Positions 44,891 through 57,401 of a stretch of DNA of 64,000 nucleotides are shown in pieces; the stretch's first letter is position 1, and each line of letters opens with the position of its first letter. Source of the DNA: Octopus vulgaris (Eukaryota). The position numbers and the translations under genes were made by a program. The notes under the pieces were generated by a model. The model saw only the letters and a program-made list of their open reading frames with translations, had not been told where the DNA came from and ran no database searches. Location of the stretch: contig OX597814.1 of NCBI GenBank assembly GCA_951406725.2, positions 129,642,001-129,706,000 of the forward strand. The letters run 5' to 3'.

Positions 44891-45358
44891 CAAATATATA
44901 TGGATTTTATACACACACACACGCACACACAAACACGCACATACACACACACATATATATGTATATATATATATATGTTTATATATGTATACAACAAAGA
45001 CATCCCCGAGTTTGACTTGTAACATTTTTATTCGAGTTTCATTTTTTTCTTCTAGTATTTCCTTATTATTCCTTTTATGTCTAGTTTCGAACAATAAAGT
45101 TCCAAACTCAACACAAAGAACAAGTGCGGAAATATGAAAAATCTTTAATAAAAAAAGATTAAATTCAAACACAATCGTGACTTCAATATTACATGGCTGA
45201 AAGAAAAGGTGTTCTCTGTGTGCCTGCACACGCATGCGCACTCCCCCACATGTATGTATGAATATGTGTGTGTATATATATATATATGCACATATATATA
45301 AAACACGTATGTATATAAGTATGTATGCATCTATCTAAGTATATATCTGTCTGTCTGA

Positions 45359-45398
<40 letters not shown>

Positions 45399-45539
45399 GT
45401 ATCATGCATGTATGTAAGCATATATGTATTCATAATCATATATATGTATGTGCGTGTGTGTGTTTGTGTACATTAAATATATATGGTGCGTATGAATCAT
45501 ATGTACACACACAGACACACACACACACGCCCACACACA

Positions 45540-45601
<62 letters not shown>

Positions 45602-45989
45602 TGGGTTTTGTGTGTATGCACATACATATTAATGCGTTCAGTCACAGAGGCACTCACATGCAAACATATATTTTTTTTTATGGACTTCGTGTTTTTCAAA
45701 CGTGTAACACAAATATATATTGATTTTAGCCGTGGGACTCGAAAAAAAAATTGTGTATTTACACGGGAAATATGATTTGCTGTCGATGCACAAGATGCGA
45801 TAATACATACAAGGAAAATATATAACACAATCTATGAAGGTGTATGTGTATGTGTGTGTGGTAAAAGCAACATACGGAACACAGTTTGTTTTAACCCGCA
45901 TTTTTTGTTAATATTTCAATGATTAGGCATCTTTGAGCCCTTTATTTTACATCTCAACTTAAAAGAGAAGCACTTGGATAAGAAGATAG

Positions 45990-48142
45990 GACTTGAGGAT
46001 TTGGTGGTTCTTTTATGGCGTAAATTTGTGAAGGATATGATGTAAAAAAAAAAGAGTTTCGGACTCACGCAAGGCTAAAGAGAAACTATCGACAATTTCT
46101 TTGAAATCGTCATCTTTTGGTTGAAGGAAGCATATGTGAGTTGCAAAAATATAAAAATCATGAGAAGACTTTGTCAAAGTGGCTTATCCATAAATAATTT
46201 TGGTTTAACAACGGCAGGGCAACAGACTTTGAAAGCGCTGCTACCAAACTAGCGAGACATATGTGCATCAAAAATTTCGGAGTTAGTGATGGATGGTAAT
46301 GATAAGTTAGATGTCACATAGATTGGATAATAAAATTACCCATGGTGCAGCGGGTAATGTACCAACAGAAGAAATCTAAGTATTGAAGAAAAAATTAACG
46401 GACTTACTTGCGGAGAGCCGCGAATTTCTCAAATATGTAATTGGGATGAACTTGAGTTGTACAGCAATCACTACACCACAATACCTAAATTTTATAAACA
46501 AAGCCTCCATACGCAGTTCTTATTTCTTTACTACACACAAGGGGCTAAACACAGAGGTGACAAACATGGACAGGAAAACGGATTAAGTCGATTATATCGA
46601 CCCCAGTGTGTAACTGGTGCTTATTTAATCGACCCCGAAAGGATGAAAGGCAAAGTCGACCTCGGCGGAATTAGAACTCAGAACGTAGCGGCAGACGAAA
46701 TACTGCTAAGCATTTCGCCCGGCGTGCTAACGTTTCTGCCAACTCGCCGCCTTAACTCCATACGTAGTTCTACATTAAGTAAGGAACATTGCACGGCTTT
46801 GTGTTGCTGGAACACAGACGATATTTATCGTTTAAACTCAATGATGCTGAAGACGCCAAGCGCTCCAGAGTTTTGAAAGACACAATGTACCAGCGACCAT
46901 TGTATAGTTACCATTCTAAGCGATCGTGATTACACATGCATATTCTTAATGACTGTTTCTTGAATTTCATTTCTGCAATGCGTAAACACTACGATGCTCT
47001 TAAAGGGTTTCTATTGATGAGGTGAAGGTGCTATTAATTTTGGGCGACCTTTCTGGTCTCTCAGATAGCCACTAATTTAATTGTAATAATGGTAAAGTGC
47101 AAATCTTTGCTACTCAATGTGACCTCTACAATTTAGCCAGAGAATAAAGGTATAATTGTAGCTTTCAAGAGATTATACCAGTTACGATGTTTGTACGAAT
47201 ATCAGTTGGTAATTAAAGGGGAAGATCTTAGGGGAGAATACACGCGATCAGAGAGCTCTCTAGTATTAAGAACTACATCAAGTCTGTATTATACATTCTT
47301 GTAGGTTTTATGAATGTCACTGAAGACTATTACTGTAGCCAATAACTGGAAACAATTTCTGTTCTATGTGGATTTCAGACAAGAGATTTCGATTGTGTAC
47401 TTTAGAGGGCAGTCGAAACGTTACAAAAGACGACGTCAGAACCTGGCTAGAGGACACAGAAAATGAACCTGGATATCAAGTGTTAACAGAGGTAGGGGAT
47501 GATGTTTTCATGGGTAATAGTAGAGTTAAAGAGGTTGGTGGAAATATCGAATCATTTCTCACTTTGTAATATATCCTTTGATGACGTCATTTCACAGAGC
47601 TTGTCATTGAAATGTAGAATTAGCAAGACAAACTAATGAAGTTACCCATTCTCCAAGTAAATTTGTCTCCACACCACACCAGGTGCTAAGCCAACTAATA
47701 ATATTGATGGCATACCGACTATTAACTCAGTTATTCACGCCTAATTTCCGTGAGTAGGAGATAAAGAACATTGGAATATGCTGACTATACGAAGCTATTA
47801 ACGACAAGTTATCACCTGTAACCTCACCTCCTTTGCATGAAGCTCGTTTATCATCTACGAAATGAGAATGACACTAATAATTTACTCATATCAATTTATG
47901 CATATTTAAATACCGTAGTATCAAATGTTTATATAATATATAACACACACACACATTATTTATTCAGATATTTTATATAAATTTGTGATGTTTATATTGT
48001 TTTCAGTAATTTCTTAATTACAGTTTATTATTTTCAGTATACATAAGCAATATTTTAACTCCCTTAAAATCGGTTGACTTGAGCATTCAGCTATAGTGGG
48101 CACTCTTCTCTCACAGTAGTACGGTTTAACGAGGTTTCACAG
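45990..48142 (+). pseudogene. Decayed pogo/Tigger (Tc1/mariner superfamily) transposon
   Basis: Translated remnants NFGVSDGW (CENP-B HTH), VKVLLILGD and LNVTSTI*PENKGIIVAFKRLY (the PN.TS.IQP.DQGII motif). A 3' TIR-like TTAACGAGGTTTCACAG is followed by TA at 48126-48144. Confidence 0.75.
46521..46755 (-). mobile_element. SINE family C monomer inserted in the pogo relic
   Basis: Full unit with a 16-bp TSD CTCCATACG(C/T)AGTTCT (46505-46520 / 46756-46771). Confidence 0.9.
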
Positions 48143-48274
48143 TAATTTCAATAACTAACCACAAAATTAAATATTCTCTTCTTACAAATATATAATTTTC
48201 GGCAATGTAAATAGTTCATAGATGGAAAGAATGAAAAAGAATGAAAAAAACTAAAGAATTCTTTTCCTTGTTTT

Positions 48275-48702
48275 ACTCACTGGACTGCGGCCATGCTGGA
48301 GTATCAACTTGAAGGATTTCAGTCGAACAATCGACCCTAGTTCTTATTTTTAACTCTGGTGCATATTCTATCTGTTCTTTTTTTTTAGCAGAAGTTATGG
48401 GGATGTGAACAAACAAGCACCGGTTGTCAAGCGGTGAGGGACATACACAGACAGAAAGGCACACACCTGCGCGCACCTGCGCACACGCACGCGCACACAC
48501 CTGCGCACACGCACGCACACACACACACACATACATATATGACGAGCTTCTACACAGTTTCCGTCCACCAAATTCACTCATAAAGCACTGGTCGTCCCGG
48601 GGCTTTAATAGAAGACATTTGCCTAAGGTGCCACTCAGTGAGACTGAACCTGAAACCACGCGGCTGCAAAACGAGTTTCTTATCACACAGTCATACCAGC
48701 GC
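48275..48702 (-). mobile_element. Old SINE family B copy
   Basis: GACTGCGGCCATGCTGGAG...CAGTTTCCGTCCACCAAATTCACTCA...AAGGTGCCAC. Confidence 0.75.
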
Positions 48703-49051
48703 CTCGCAGGAAATAATATTAATCTCGGAGAAAAAAACCCCAAACCCTTAAAAAGTAACTAATATCTAAGTCTGCAAGGCATTTCACTATTAAACAGACC
48801 TTCGTTATGCATATTTAGAGCTAAATAAATCTCATAGGGAGTAATTAAAGATAATAATAAAGACTGTTAAGAACTAGAATTACTCTGACAGTAAGTAGTA
48901 TTTTACAGGACCGGAGTAAAACAATTACGAAAAGACAAAACTTTGAAGGAATCTATATACAAGGAATTGCTAAAGAGGATTATTTATAAAATAAAATAAA
49001 TCTAAAATATATATTCAAGATATATGTTTAAAACATGCATTTAAACATAAT

Positions 49052-49350
49052 GTGGAGGCGCAATGGTTAGGGCAGCGGACTCGCGGTCGGAGGATCGCGG
49101 TTTCGATTCCCAAACCGGGCGCTGTGTGTGTTTATTGAGCGAAAACACCTGAAAAAGCTCCACGAGGCTCTGGCAGCGGGTGGTGCCAACCCCTGTTGTA
49201 CTCTTTCGCCACAATTTTCTCTCACTCCTTCTTTCTGTTTCTTGAGTAACGCTGCAATGGACTGGCGTCCAGTCCAGCTGGAGGGGGGGACACATACGCC
49301 ACAGAAACCAGGAAACCGGGCCCACGAGCCTGGCAAGGCTTGAAAAGGGA
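49052..49350 (+). mobile_element. SINE family A (tail 3 variant)
   Basis: Head and tail match 15079-15385. Confidence 0.9.
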
Positions 49351-49374
49351 GACAAGTACAATTTAAAGATAATA

Positions 49375-49599
49375 GAAGGGTTAGCCAAAAGTCTCGCGAA
49401 AGTAAATCAAAATTCCATAAATATTTAATATTCCGTTGTATTTATGAATGTTTAATAATTGAATTCTGTGAGTTAAAATCACCGTTTCTTTTCAACATTT
49501 GTCTGTTTATAAGCGAAATCACGCATAAAATAACTTTTTGTTTTAATCTTGGAATGGAATGGTTTTGATTTAATGTCAGGTGACTTTTGGCCAACCCTG
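49375..49599. mobile_element. Tc1/mariner-type MITE
   Basis: Imperfect TIRs AGGGTTAGCCAAAAGTC / GACTTTTGGCCAACCCTG with TA flanks. Confidence 0.65.
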
Positions 49600-49613
49600 T
49601 ATAATAGAATATT

Positions 49614-50336
49614 CTTTTCTGCTCTAGGCACAAGGCCCGAAATTTTTGAGGAGGCGGCCAGTCGATTAGATCGACTCCTGTACACTACTGGTACTTAATT
49701 TCATCGACCCCGAAGGAATGAAAGGCAAAGTCGACCGCGGCGGAATTTGAACTCAGATAGACGAAATACCTATTTCTTTACTACCCATAAAGGACTAAAC
49801 ACAGAGAGGACAAAGAAGGACAGACAAACGGTACTTAATTTCATCGACCCCGAAAGAATGAAAGGCAAAGTCGACCGCGGCGGAATTTGAACTCAGAACA
49901 TAAAGATAGACGAAATACCTATTTCTTTACTACCCATAAGGGACTAAACACAGAGAGGACAAAGAAGGACAGACAAACGGATTAAGTCGATTATATCGAC
50001 CCCAGTGCGCAACTGGTACTTAATTTATCGACCCCGAAAGAATGAAAGGCAAAGTCGACCGCGGCGGAATTTGAACTCAGAACATAAAGATAGACGAAAT
50101 ACCTATTTCTTTATTACCCATAAGGGACTAAACACAGAGAGGACAAAGAAGGACAGACAAACGGATTAGGTCGATTATATCGACCCCAGTGCGTAACTGG
50201 TACTTAATTTATCGACCCCGAAAGGATGAAAGGCAAAGTCGACCTCGGCGGAATTTGAACTCAGAACGTAACGGCAGACGAAATACGGCTGCGCATTTCG
50301 CCCGGCGTACTAACGTTTCTGTCAGTTCGCCGCCTT
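49614..50336 (-). mobile_element. SINE family C tetramer
   Basis: One head plus three further units of about 150-180 bp, flanked by a perfect 16-bp TSD TGTATAATAGAATATT (49598-49613 / 50337-50352). Confidence 0.9.
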
Positions 50337-50384
50337 TGTATAATAGAATATTAAACAAATTCATTTTAGGAATATGTATATCTC

Positions 50385-50590
50385 TTTTACTCTTTTACTT
50401 GTTTCAGTCATTTGACTGCGGCCATGCTGGAGCACCGCCTTTAGTCGAGCAAATCGACCGCAGGACTTATTCTTTGTATGCCTAGTACTTATTCTATCGG
50501 TCTCTTTTGCCGAACTACTAAGTTACGGGAACGTAAACACACCAGCATCGGTTGACAAGCGATGTTGGTGGGACAAACACAGACACACAA

Positions 50591-50679
<89 letters not shown>

Positions 50680-50850
50680 CTTATATATGACGAGCCTCTT
50701 TCAGTTTCCGTCTACCAAATCCACTGTGAAGGCTTTGGAAGGCCCGAGGCTATAGTAGAAGGCACTTGCCCAAGTTTCTACGCAGTAGGACTGAACCCGG
50801 AACCACGTGGCTGGTAAGCAAACTAATTAGCACACAGCCACTCCTAAGCC
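50385..50850 (-). mobile_element. SINE family B, full length
   Basis: Reverse complement of the consensus, with an expanded internal (CA)n(TA)n. Confidence 0.9.
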
Positions 50851-51583
50851 TGTGTAGACAATAAGCAATCAACGGTATTTCTGAACATTACTGTCTCGAG
50901 TCCTAGCACTCATAGGGCCCATTACTAAGTCTCTATTGTGTATAAGTGATCAGAGTCACAACATTCTCCATGAACTGGATTATTGAATGTCAATTTGTCT
51001 CAGTGTTACTTATTTACCGGTGAGTGGACTGGAGTAACGTGAAATGAAGTGTTTTGCTCAAGAACGCAAAGCACCGCACGGTTTGGGAATCAAAACCAAT
51101 ATCATGCGATCGTGAACGCGATGCGTTAACCACTTGGCTACGCACCTTCACAACGGTAATTCTATGTGAATAGAAATCGAGTGTAAAAAAAAAAGCAATC
51201 GTTATTTAAATCGGCAATTTAAAATTGAAGGAACATAATCAACAAAGAGGATATTACTGTCTTATTAATTACACAGAAAAACAAATGGCTACAGAAATAA
51301 GACGTTTCAATGAGATGGGTGCATTTTGCATTGCAGATCAACAATCATATAACAATATAGAAGCGAAGGTTATAGTTATGATAACCCCCATCCCCAGCAA
51401 AACTAACCTTCGTTATAGCATATATTTAATTAAATAAGAAACAATAATTACTTAAATTTATTGACGTCTAAATCCCTCTGGTATTTTATTTTCTCTATCA
51501 ACTAACAGCCAGGTTATAAAAAAACTATAAATCATATAAACGTGTATTTAAAATCTTTTTTCTATCTATGATATATATATATA

Positions 51584-52610
51584 CTAGCATTAAAGACCCG
51601 TCGTTGCCGGGTCATAGTGCTAGTGCATGTATATATGTGTATATATATGTGTACATATTACATGTACATCTCTATATATACATCTACACATAAAATACAA
51701 AATACAAAGTTATATCTTGATATCGCTAGTGATAACAATACTCAAAATATATAACAGACTGGAATTGTTAGCCCGTCTCTTGTAATTTCGATCAATTGTA
51801 TCTTGTCCTCCCTCTTATATAGAGGTGTGGCTACAATCCACCCTACCTCTACTTCTGGTGGGAGGGGGGCATTTAAAATTTTTTTCCGGAACCTCCTACG
51901 TCCCAGATATAAAGGTAAAAATAAAATATTTCCACTTTGCAAGTTCGAGTCGAGTACTTCCTTGCACGCTCCGTTGACTCGAACCTTGCTTCTATTGTGG
52001 CGAATTTACTGCCTATGATTAGATACCTTTCATAGTCGCACCAAGACACTTTTCGAAGGTGCTTTCCTCCACGTGTTCAAATTTTTTTTCTCTACATTGT
52101 ATACATTATAGACAATAGTCTTTTCTTTAATTTAATTTTTTATCACCCAATGGACTATTCCATTTCTGCACGCTAATTTTATTTTTAATTTATTCCCATT
52201 CATGTGAAACCACTTATTCAAGTTCAAGTCATTGATACAATTTTATACCAATTGCTATTTTTACTTTTGTTATGTTACGATTATATTATACTTTAGTTTG
52301 ATTTTAATTATTACTTACTACATATAATTCAATTGTTATTATTATTTTTATTGTTAAAGTGAAAGTATCTGACATAAAATAGAGAAACGTTTTTGTTTCA
52401 CTTTTAACACGTAATACTGAAATAGTGGAGAAGATATGATATTGCTATGGGCTCGCTCTAGGCAAGAAGTTGAATATTTCTTTGCCCATGAAACTACATA
52501 GACCCTAAGTAAGGCATGTGTAAAATTTGAATGAAATTGGTTGTGTAGTTCTCAAGTTTTAGGGAAACACATAGACAGACACACATTCTCAGGTTTATAT
52601 ATATATATAT
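51584..52610 (-). mobile_element. Apparently complete non-autonomous Helitron (about 1 kb)
   Basis: Minus-strand 3' end: hairpin GACCCG-gcaacga-CGGGTC, 7 nt, then CTAG followed by T. 5' end: TATATATAAACCTGAGAATGTGTGTCTGTCT...CAACCAATTTCATTCAAATTTT. Confidence 0.8.
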
Positions 52611-52674
52611 ATATATATACGTTTAAATATTTGTTGTGCAAGATTTTTTATGTGAAGTCGTGTGTTGAAACAGA

Positions 52675-53285
52675 TATTGTTATATTTCGGAATGGTCATA
52701 TTGCCAGTTTAGCCAATAAAAACACACGCACTATATATTTGGTGTTATTTTGCTTCAGTGATATTTATTTTTTACATTAATCTTAATCTTATTTTTTTTT
52801 TTTTTTTTTTTTCGATTAGATTTATTATTATTATTAATAATATTGTTGTTATACATACAAACAAGCATATTTAATGATGATAATGGGTGGATGTAAACAC
52901 ATGAACAAAATTAGAACAAAAGCAACAACAACAAAAACAAAATACAAATTACAAGAATGTATATAACCAGAAGATACAAATATTACAGGCATCCCCCCCA
53001 CACACACACTAAATAAACATAGACGCACATAGAGATATAAGCATGCGCAAATGAAGACATACAATAGAAATACAAAATGGCTGACGGTTAGTAAGGAGAG
53101 ACACAAGTAAGTGAGAAGAAAACAAAGGACCACTGATGCGGTCACAGGAGTGTGACGAAAGAACTTTGGCCGAAATAAGATTAAGATTAATGTAAAAAAT
53201 AAATATCACTGAAGCAAAATAACACCAAATATATAGTGCGTGTGTTTTTATTGGCTAAACTGGCAATATGACCATTCCGAAATAT

Positions 53286-53292
<7 letters not shown>
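52675..53292. mobile_element. PLE-like fragment with about 120-bp perfect inverted terminal repeats, between TA tracts
   Basis: 52675-52794 is the reverse complement of 53173-53292. Confidence 0.7.
53127..53171 (+). ncRNA. Degenerate hammerhead-like motif
   Basis: GGACCA-CTGATGC-G-GTCAC-aggagt-GTGAC-GAA-AG-aa-CT-T^TGGCC. The core has A9C and stem III is minimal. Confidence 0.45.
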
Positions 53293-53382
<90 letters not shown>

Positions 53383-53425
53383 CATACATATATATATATA
53401 TATTTACATACATATATATATATAT

Positions 53426-53690
53426 GTGGAGGCGCAATGGCTCAGTGGTTAGGGCAGCGGGCTCGCGGTCTTAGGGACGCGGTTTCGATTCCCTGACCGG
53501 GCGTTTGAGTGTTTCTTTAGCGAAAACACCTAAAGCTCCACGAGCGATCCCTGCTGTACTCTTTCGCCACGACTTTCTCTGTTGACCTTCTTGCTTCGCC
53601 AGCGGGATGGCATCATTTGAAGGCTAAAACAATGCGCTTCGCATTGCGACCACCGATGTGTAGCAACATCCGTCAGGTGATCACAGTGAT
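53426..53690 (+). mobile_element. SINE family A, tail type 1
   Basis: Full head. The tail matches 5680-5790. Confidence 0.9.
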
Positions 53691-53691
53691 A

Positions 53692-53744
<53 letters not shown>

Positions 53745-53763
53745 GAAGCATTCCTGTCACAAT

Positions 53764-53808
53764 TTGAACCTGATGAATGCTTAAATGCAAGAAAGTATAC
53801 TAGTTCAA
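53764..53808 (+). ncRNA. Minimal type I hammerhead ribozyme motif with canonical core and palindromic stem III
   Basis: TTGAAC-CTGATGA-A-TGC-ttaaat-GCA-A-GAA-AGTATACT-A^GTTCAA: perfect 6-bp stem I, CUA triplet. Confidence 0.85.
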
Positions 53809-53966
53809 TGAGAATAGTCATTTAATATTTAATTTTCAATATTTCAGTTTTCAATAAGACAATCAATACTTCATTTCATTTCTTTCTTACAATATATTCT
53901 ATATTTTATATTAATATTATAAGAATATAAATATAACATAAAAAACAGAGTTGGAATTCCTTTGAG

Positions 53967-54030
<64 letters not shown>

Positions 54031-54176
54031 ATCTATATATCTATATATATATATGTGTGTGTGTGTGTATATATATATGTTTATATATTTTCAAAGTATC
54101 ATATATCCAAATAAGAAACGCACTCTAAAGTACAGAGCAGTATAATATTAAAGCACTAAAGTTAAATTCTGGTCAT

Positions 54177-54240
54177 AAAGTGACCAATGGTTTCGCAATC
54201 ACGAAAGCTGAAACTCTGCGGACAGCTCATCAGATTCTTT
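54177..54240 (-). ncRNA. Type I hammerhead ribozyme motif with canonical core
   Basis: The minus strand reads AAAG-aa-T-CTGATGA-GC-[28 nt]-GC-GAA-ACC-att-GGT-C^A-CTTT, with a GUC triplet and bulged stem I. Confidence 0.75.
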
Positions 54241-54281
54241 ACAAAGACAAATTTAACCCTTCAGCTCTCGGAGGTGGACAG

Positions 54282-54354
<73 letters not shown>

Positions 54355-54399
54355 TTGCCTTGTGCAAAAATATATATATATATATATATATATTTGCCT

Positions 54400-54672
54400 T
54401 GTGCAAAAATTTGAAACCAGTATCTTCCATGTTATTTATCACAGCTTCATCTTTAATGGTTAATATATATACAGGTTTTTTCCAATTCGATAAACCTATT
54501 ATTTCTTCAGTAATTAAATATATACCAAACATGAATATAAAATTTGGTATATATTTAATTACTGAAGAAATAATAGGTTTATCGAATTGGAAAAAAACCT
54601 GTATATATATTAACCATTAAAGATGAAGCTGTGATAAATAACATGGAAGATACTGGTTTCAAATTTTGCACA
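54400..54672. repeat. Near-perfect foldback (about 130-bp arms) that includes the tail of the adjacent SINE C
   Basis: 54400-54529 is the reverse complement of 54543-54672. Confidence 0.9.
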
Positions 54673-54862
54673 GAAAATTTGAGGAGTGGGTAAGTCGATT
54701 ATATTGATTCTAGTAATCAACTGGTACTTACTTTATCATTCCGAAAGGATGAAACACTAAGTCGACCTCGGTGGAATTTGAACTCAGAACGTAAAAACGG
54801 ACAAAGTGCCGCAAAGCATTTTTCACCGGCGTGCAAAACGATTCTGCGTGCACACTGCCTTA
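54655..54862 (-). mobile_element. SINE family C
   Basis: Matches the consensus. Confidence 0.8.
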
Positions 54863-56732
54863 GTAATTTGGACTACTTTAAAATTCAAAAGCAGGTAACA
54901 TAGAAGGGATTGGACTAAGATATACAAATAACAAAATCGATGTGTGCTTTCAGTGTTATGCATCCACATTCTATAGAAATAAACTAATAGGTTACACTAA
55001 CAGTAATGTCCTTAACACCATCGTTTTTAAGTTATGAACAGATATGGGTTAATTTTCAGATTATATATAATATCTTCAGATTCAGGTAGTGTGAGAAAGA
55101 ACTGCAAAAATACACTGTGGAGACTAGCTGCTGGAGAAATAACTGGCCAGGTTAATTGATGCGATTATAAATAGAGGACAGCTGAAGAAACGTATATTTG
55201 CTTCTAATTTTGTTCTAACAAACCCAGACAGTCTTTCAATTAGATATAAACTATGGTCTCTATGTTTTTCGTCTAGCTTGCAAAATAACAACGTTTGCAG
55301 TATTTTTTCTGCATTAACCACATCCATAGTTAAAAACAGTGTCAAAATTAAATTTATCATTTATAAATCTTTCAACTGATTCCAATTTTCTTGAATTCTT
55401 CCCTTCCAACCTGTCAGACATTCGTTAAAACTGTTGTTTTCTTCTCGTAATGAATTTCATAGTAATTTAGATAGTCTTTGGTATTATTGATTTTATTCTA
55501 GACTCCTAGAATTTTCGTTTAAGCGTATTTTCTTTTATTATTATTTTTTTTGCGATATTGATCTTTTGTTGTTTTTTAACTTTCGACTTATCATCAAATA
55601 TGCCGGTTATTTTGCTTATTTACTTCTTTCCAATATTATTAACTGTCAATTATTTAACTGTGATATTATTGATTTCTTCACTCAGAATTACACGGAATAT
55701 TACGCCCCTAGAAAATCAAGCTCTTTTCGCCGAGTATGCATAAATGAAAATTTAGGAATACCTACAAAAATATTGCTGTCTGGTATAGAAGTACATATTT
55801 CAAGACCTCAATGTAGAAATCCGATTTATGAATTAAGTATATGAGACGGTGGGCATACTGTTTTGATAGACATGACATGAATCTAATCACCATAATTATA
55901 ACAAAATCTTTGGCTTCAGAACTAATAGCCAGATCAGTTCAATATTTCTCGCAGAAGATTGGTTTGGACCCAAACATCTGAAGAAAGTTACTAATCATGG
56001 CAGCTGAGATCAGATCAAGGTGGCTGTGCTTGACATGAGCAGCTGAAAGAATCCTTCCTCTGACGAAGGCTAATTCAATCCTCATTGCCTTACTCAGGAG
56101 ACCAAGTACAGAATGAAGGACGAAATGCTTGTAACCCTGAGAAACCTGTAGTAGATACAAAAGGGTTTTCAACATTGCGATAACTCTAGTTACAATCAGA
56201 AGAGCTTACAACATCGTTGAGTAGCCCTGATGATTCCGTGTGTAGCAAATACTGGACACTGTTAACACACCAATAATCGAATTAGTTGTCAAGAATGCAT
56301 TATAATATTCAAACCGGTCTATCCGATTTACTTAATCCCTAAGTTTTATAGATTTATAATTGTTGCTGCGGTCAGTTAAAAAGTGTATTCAGTCGCAGAC
56401 GAGACCCCAACATAAGACTGAATACAGTTCAGCTGATCCCTCTTTTTCTATGCAACGAAGTATTACATGACAAGATATTTACATCTGTCTTAGCTGTTGG
56501 CTAAACCCTGTGCGCATATATAGATATGTGGAAAAGATACAAATTCACATGATTCTTATTATTTTCATCTTATATATCAACCTATCTGTAGCTATTACTT
56601 CACACAATAATAGAATTATAAACTGACTTTGAGAGTTATGCAACCAGCCTGCCTGCAGACTGTATACTCTATAATTTGCGTATGCTTTCTTTGTTTTTCG
56701 CCATACTTTCTTATATTGTATCTTTTAATCGT

Positions 56733-56973
56733 TTACTTGTTTCAGTCATTGAACTGCGGCCATGCTGAGGTTTCACCTTCAAGAGTTTAGTCGAATAATT
56801 GACCCTCAGTACTTATATTTAAGCTTGGTAGTTATTCTAATCTATCGGTCTCTTTTACCGACATGCTAAGCTACAGGGACGTAAACAAATAAACAAGCAA
56901 TATTGGCGGGCAAACACACACGCGCACCTATCTCTCTCTCTCTTTGTTATATATATATATATATATATATGTT

Positions 56974-57005
<32 letters not shown>

Positions 57006-57023
57006 TGTATGTATGTATGTATA

Positions 57024-57088
<65 letters not shown>

Positions 57089-57140
57089 GATGGGGTTCCA
57101 CTTAATTTCCGTCTACCAAATCCACTCATAAAGCATTGGT
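56733..57140 (-). mobile_element. Old SINE family B copy
   Basis: TTACTTGTTTCAGTCATTGAACTGCGGCCATGCTG...TTTCCGTCTACCAAATCCACTCA. Confidence 0.75.
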
Positions 57141-57144
57141 TACA

Positions 57145-57401
57145 ATGGCGGAGGTATTGTTTTCAGTTATGTGACTAGATTTTGGGATCGATCCGGTACC
57201 GGACAAGGATTCTGGATTATTTGTTATATTCATTTTACTTTACACGAAGTCTAGCAGTCGGGTTTACTTTTAGTATTCTTGATTGTGAGAGCAGTCGAGT
57301 ATATTTCAGATATTCTCAATTTAAAAATAATCTCCGGCTAATCGTTGAGAGGACATTGGTGTTGCCTTGGCGGAGGTTTGCATTCCCTGAGTGCTCTTGT
57401 T
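57145..57401 (+). mobile_element. Helentron-associated (HINE/DINE-like) non-autonomous element
   Basis: TGGCGGAGGTATTGTTTTC at the start. It ends GCCTTGGCGGAGGTTT-GCATTC-cct-GAGTGC-TCTTGTT, i.e. a subterminal repeat plus a terminal hairpin. Confidence 0.6.

Noticed and set aside
49614-50336. Regularly spaced repeats superficially like a CRISPR array
   Set aside because: The intervening sequences are also repeated, the context is eukaryotic and no cas genes are present.
54560-54610. CTGAAGA-AATAA..TTAT-CGAAT as a hammerhead
   Set aside because: It has GAAT instead of GAAA and poor stem III pairing, so it is likely chance in AT-rich DNA.
56055-56140. CTGACGA-AGGC...GCCT followed distantly by GAAAT
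   Set aside because: GAAA does not follow the stem, and stems I and III are absent.
55124-56175. Two 78-aa minus-strand ORFs in non-repetitive sequence
   Set aside because: No recognisable domain. A host exon or decayed transposon cannot be excluded without BLASTX or RNA-seq.
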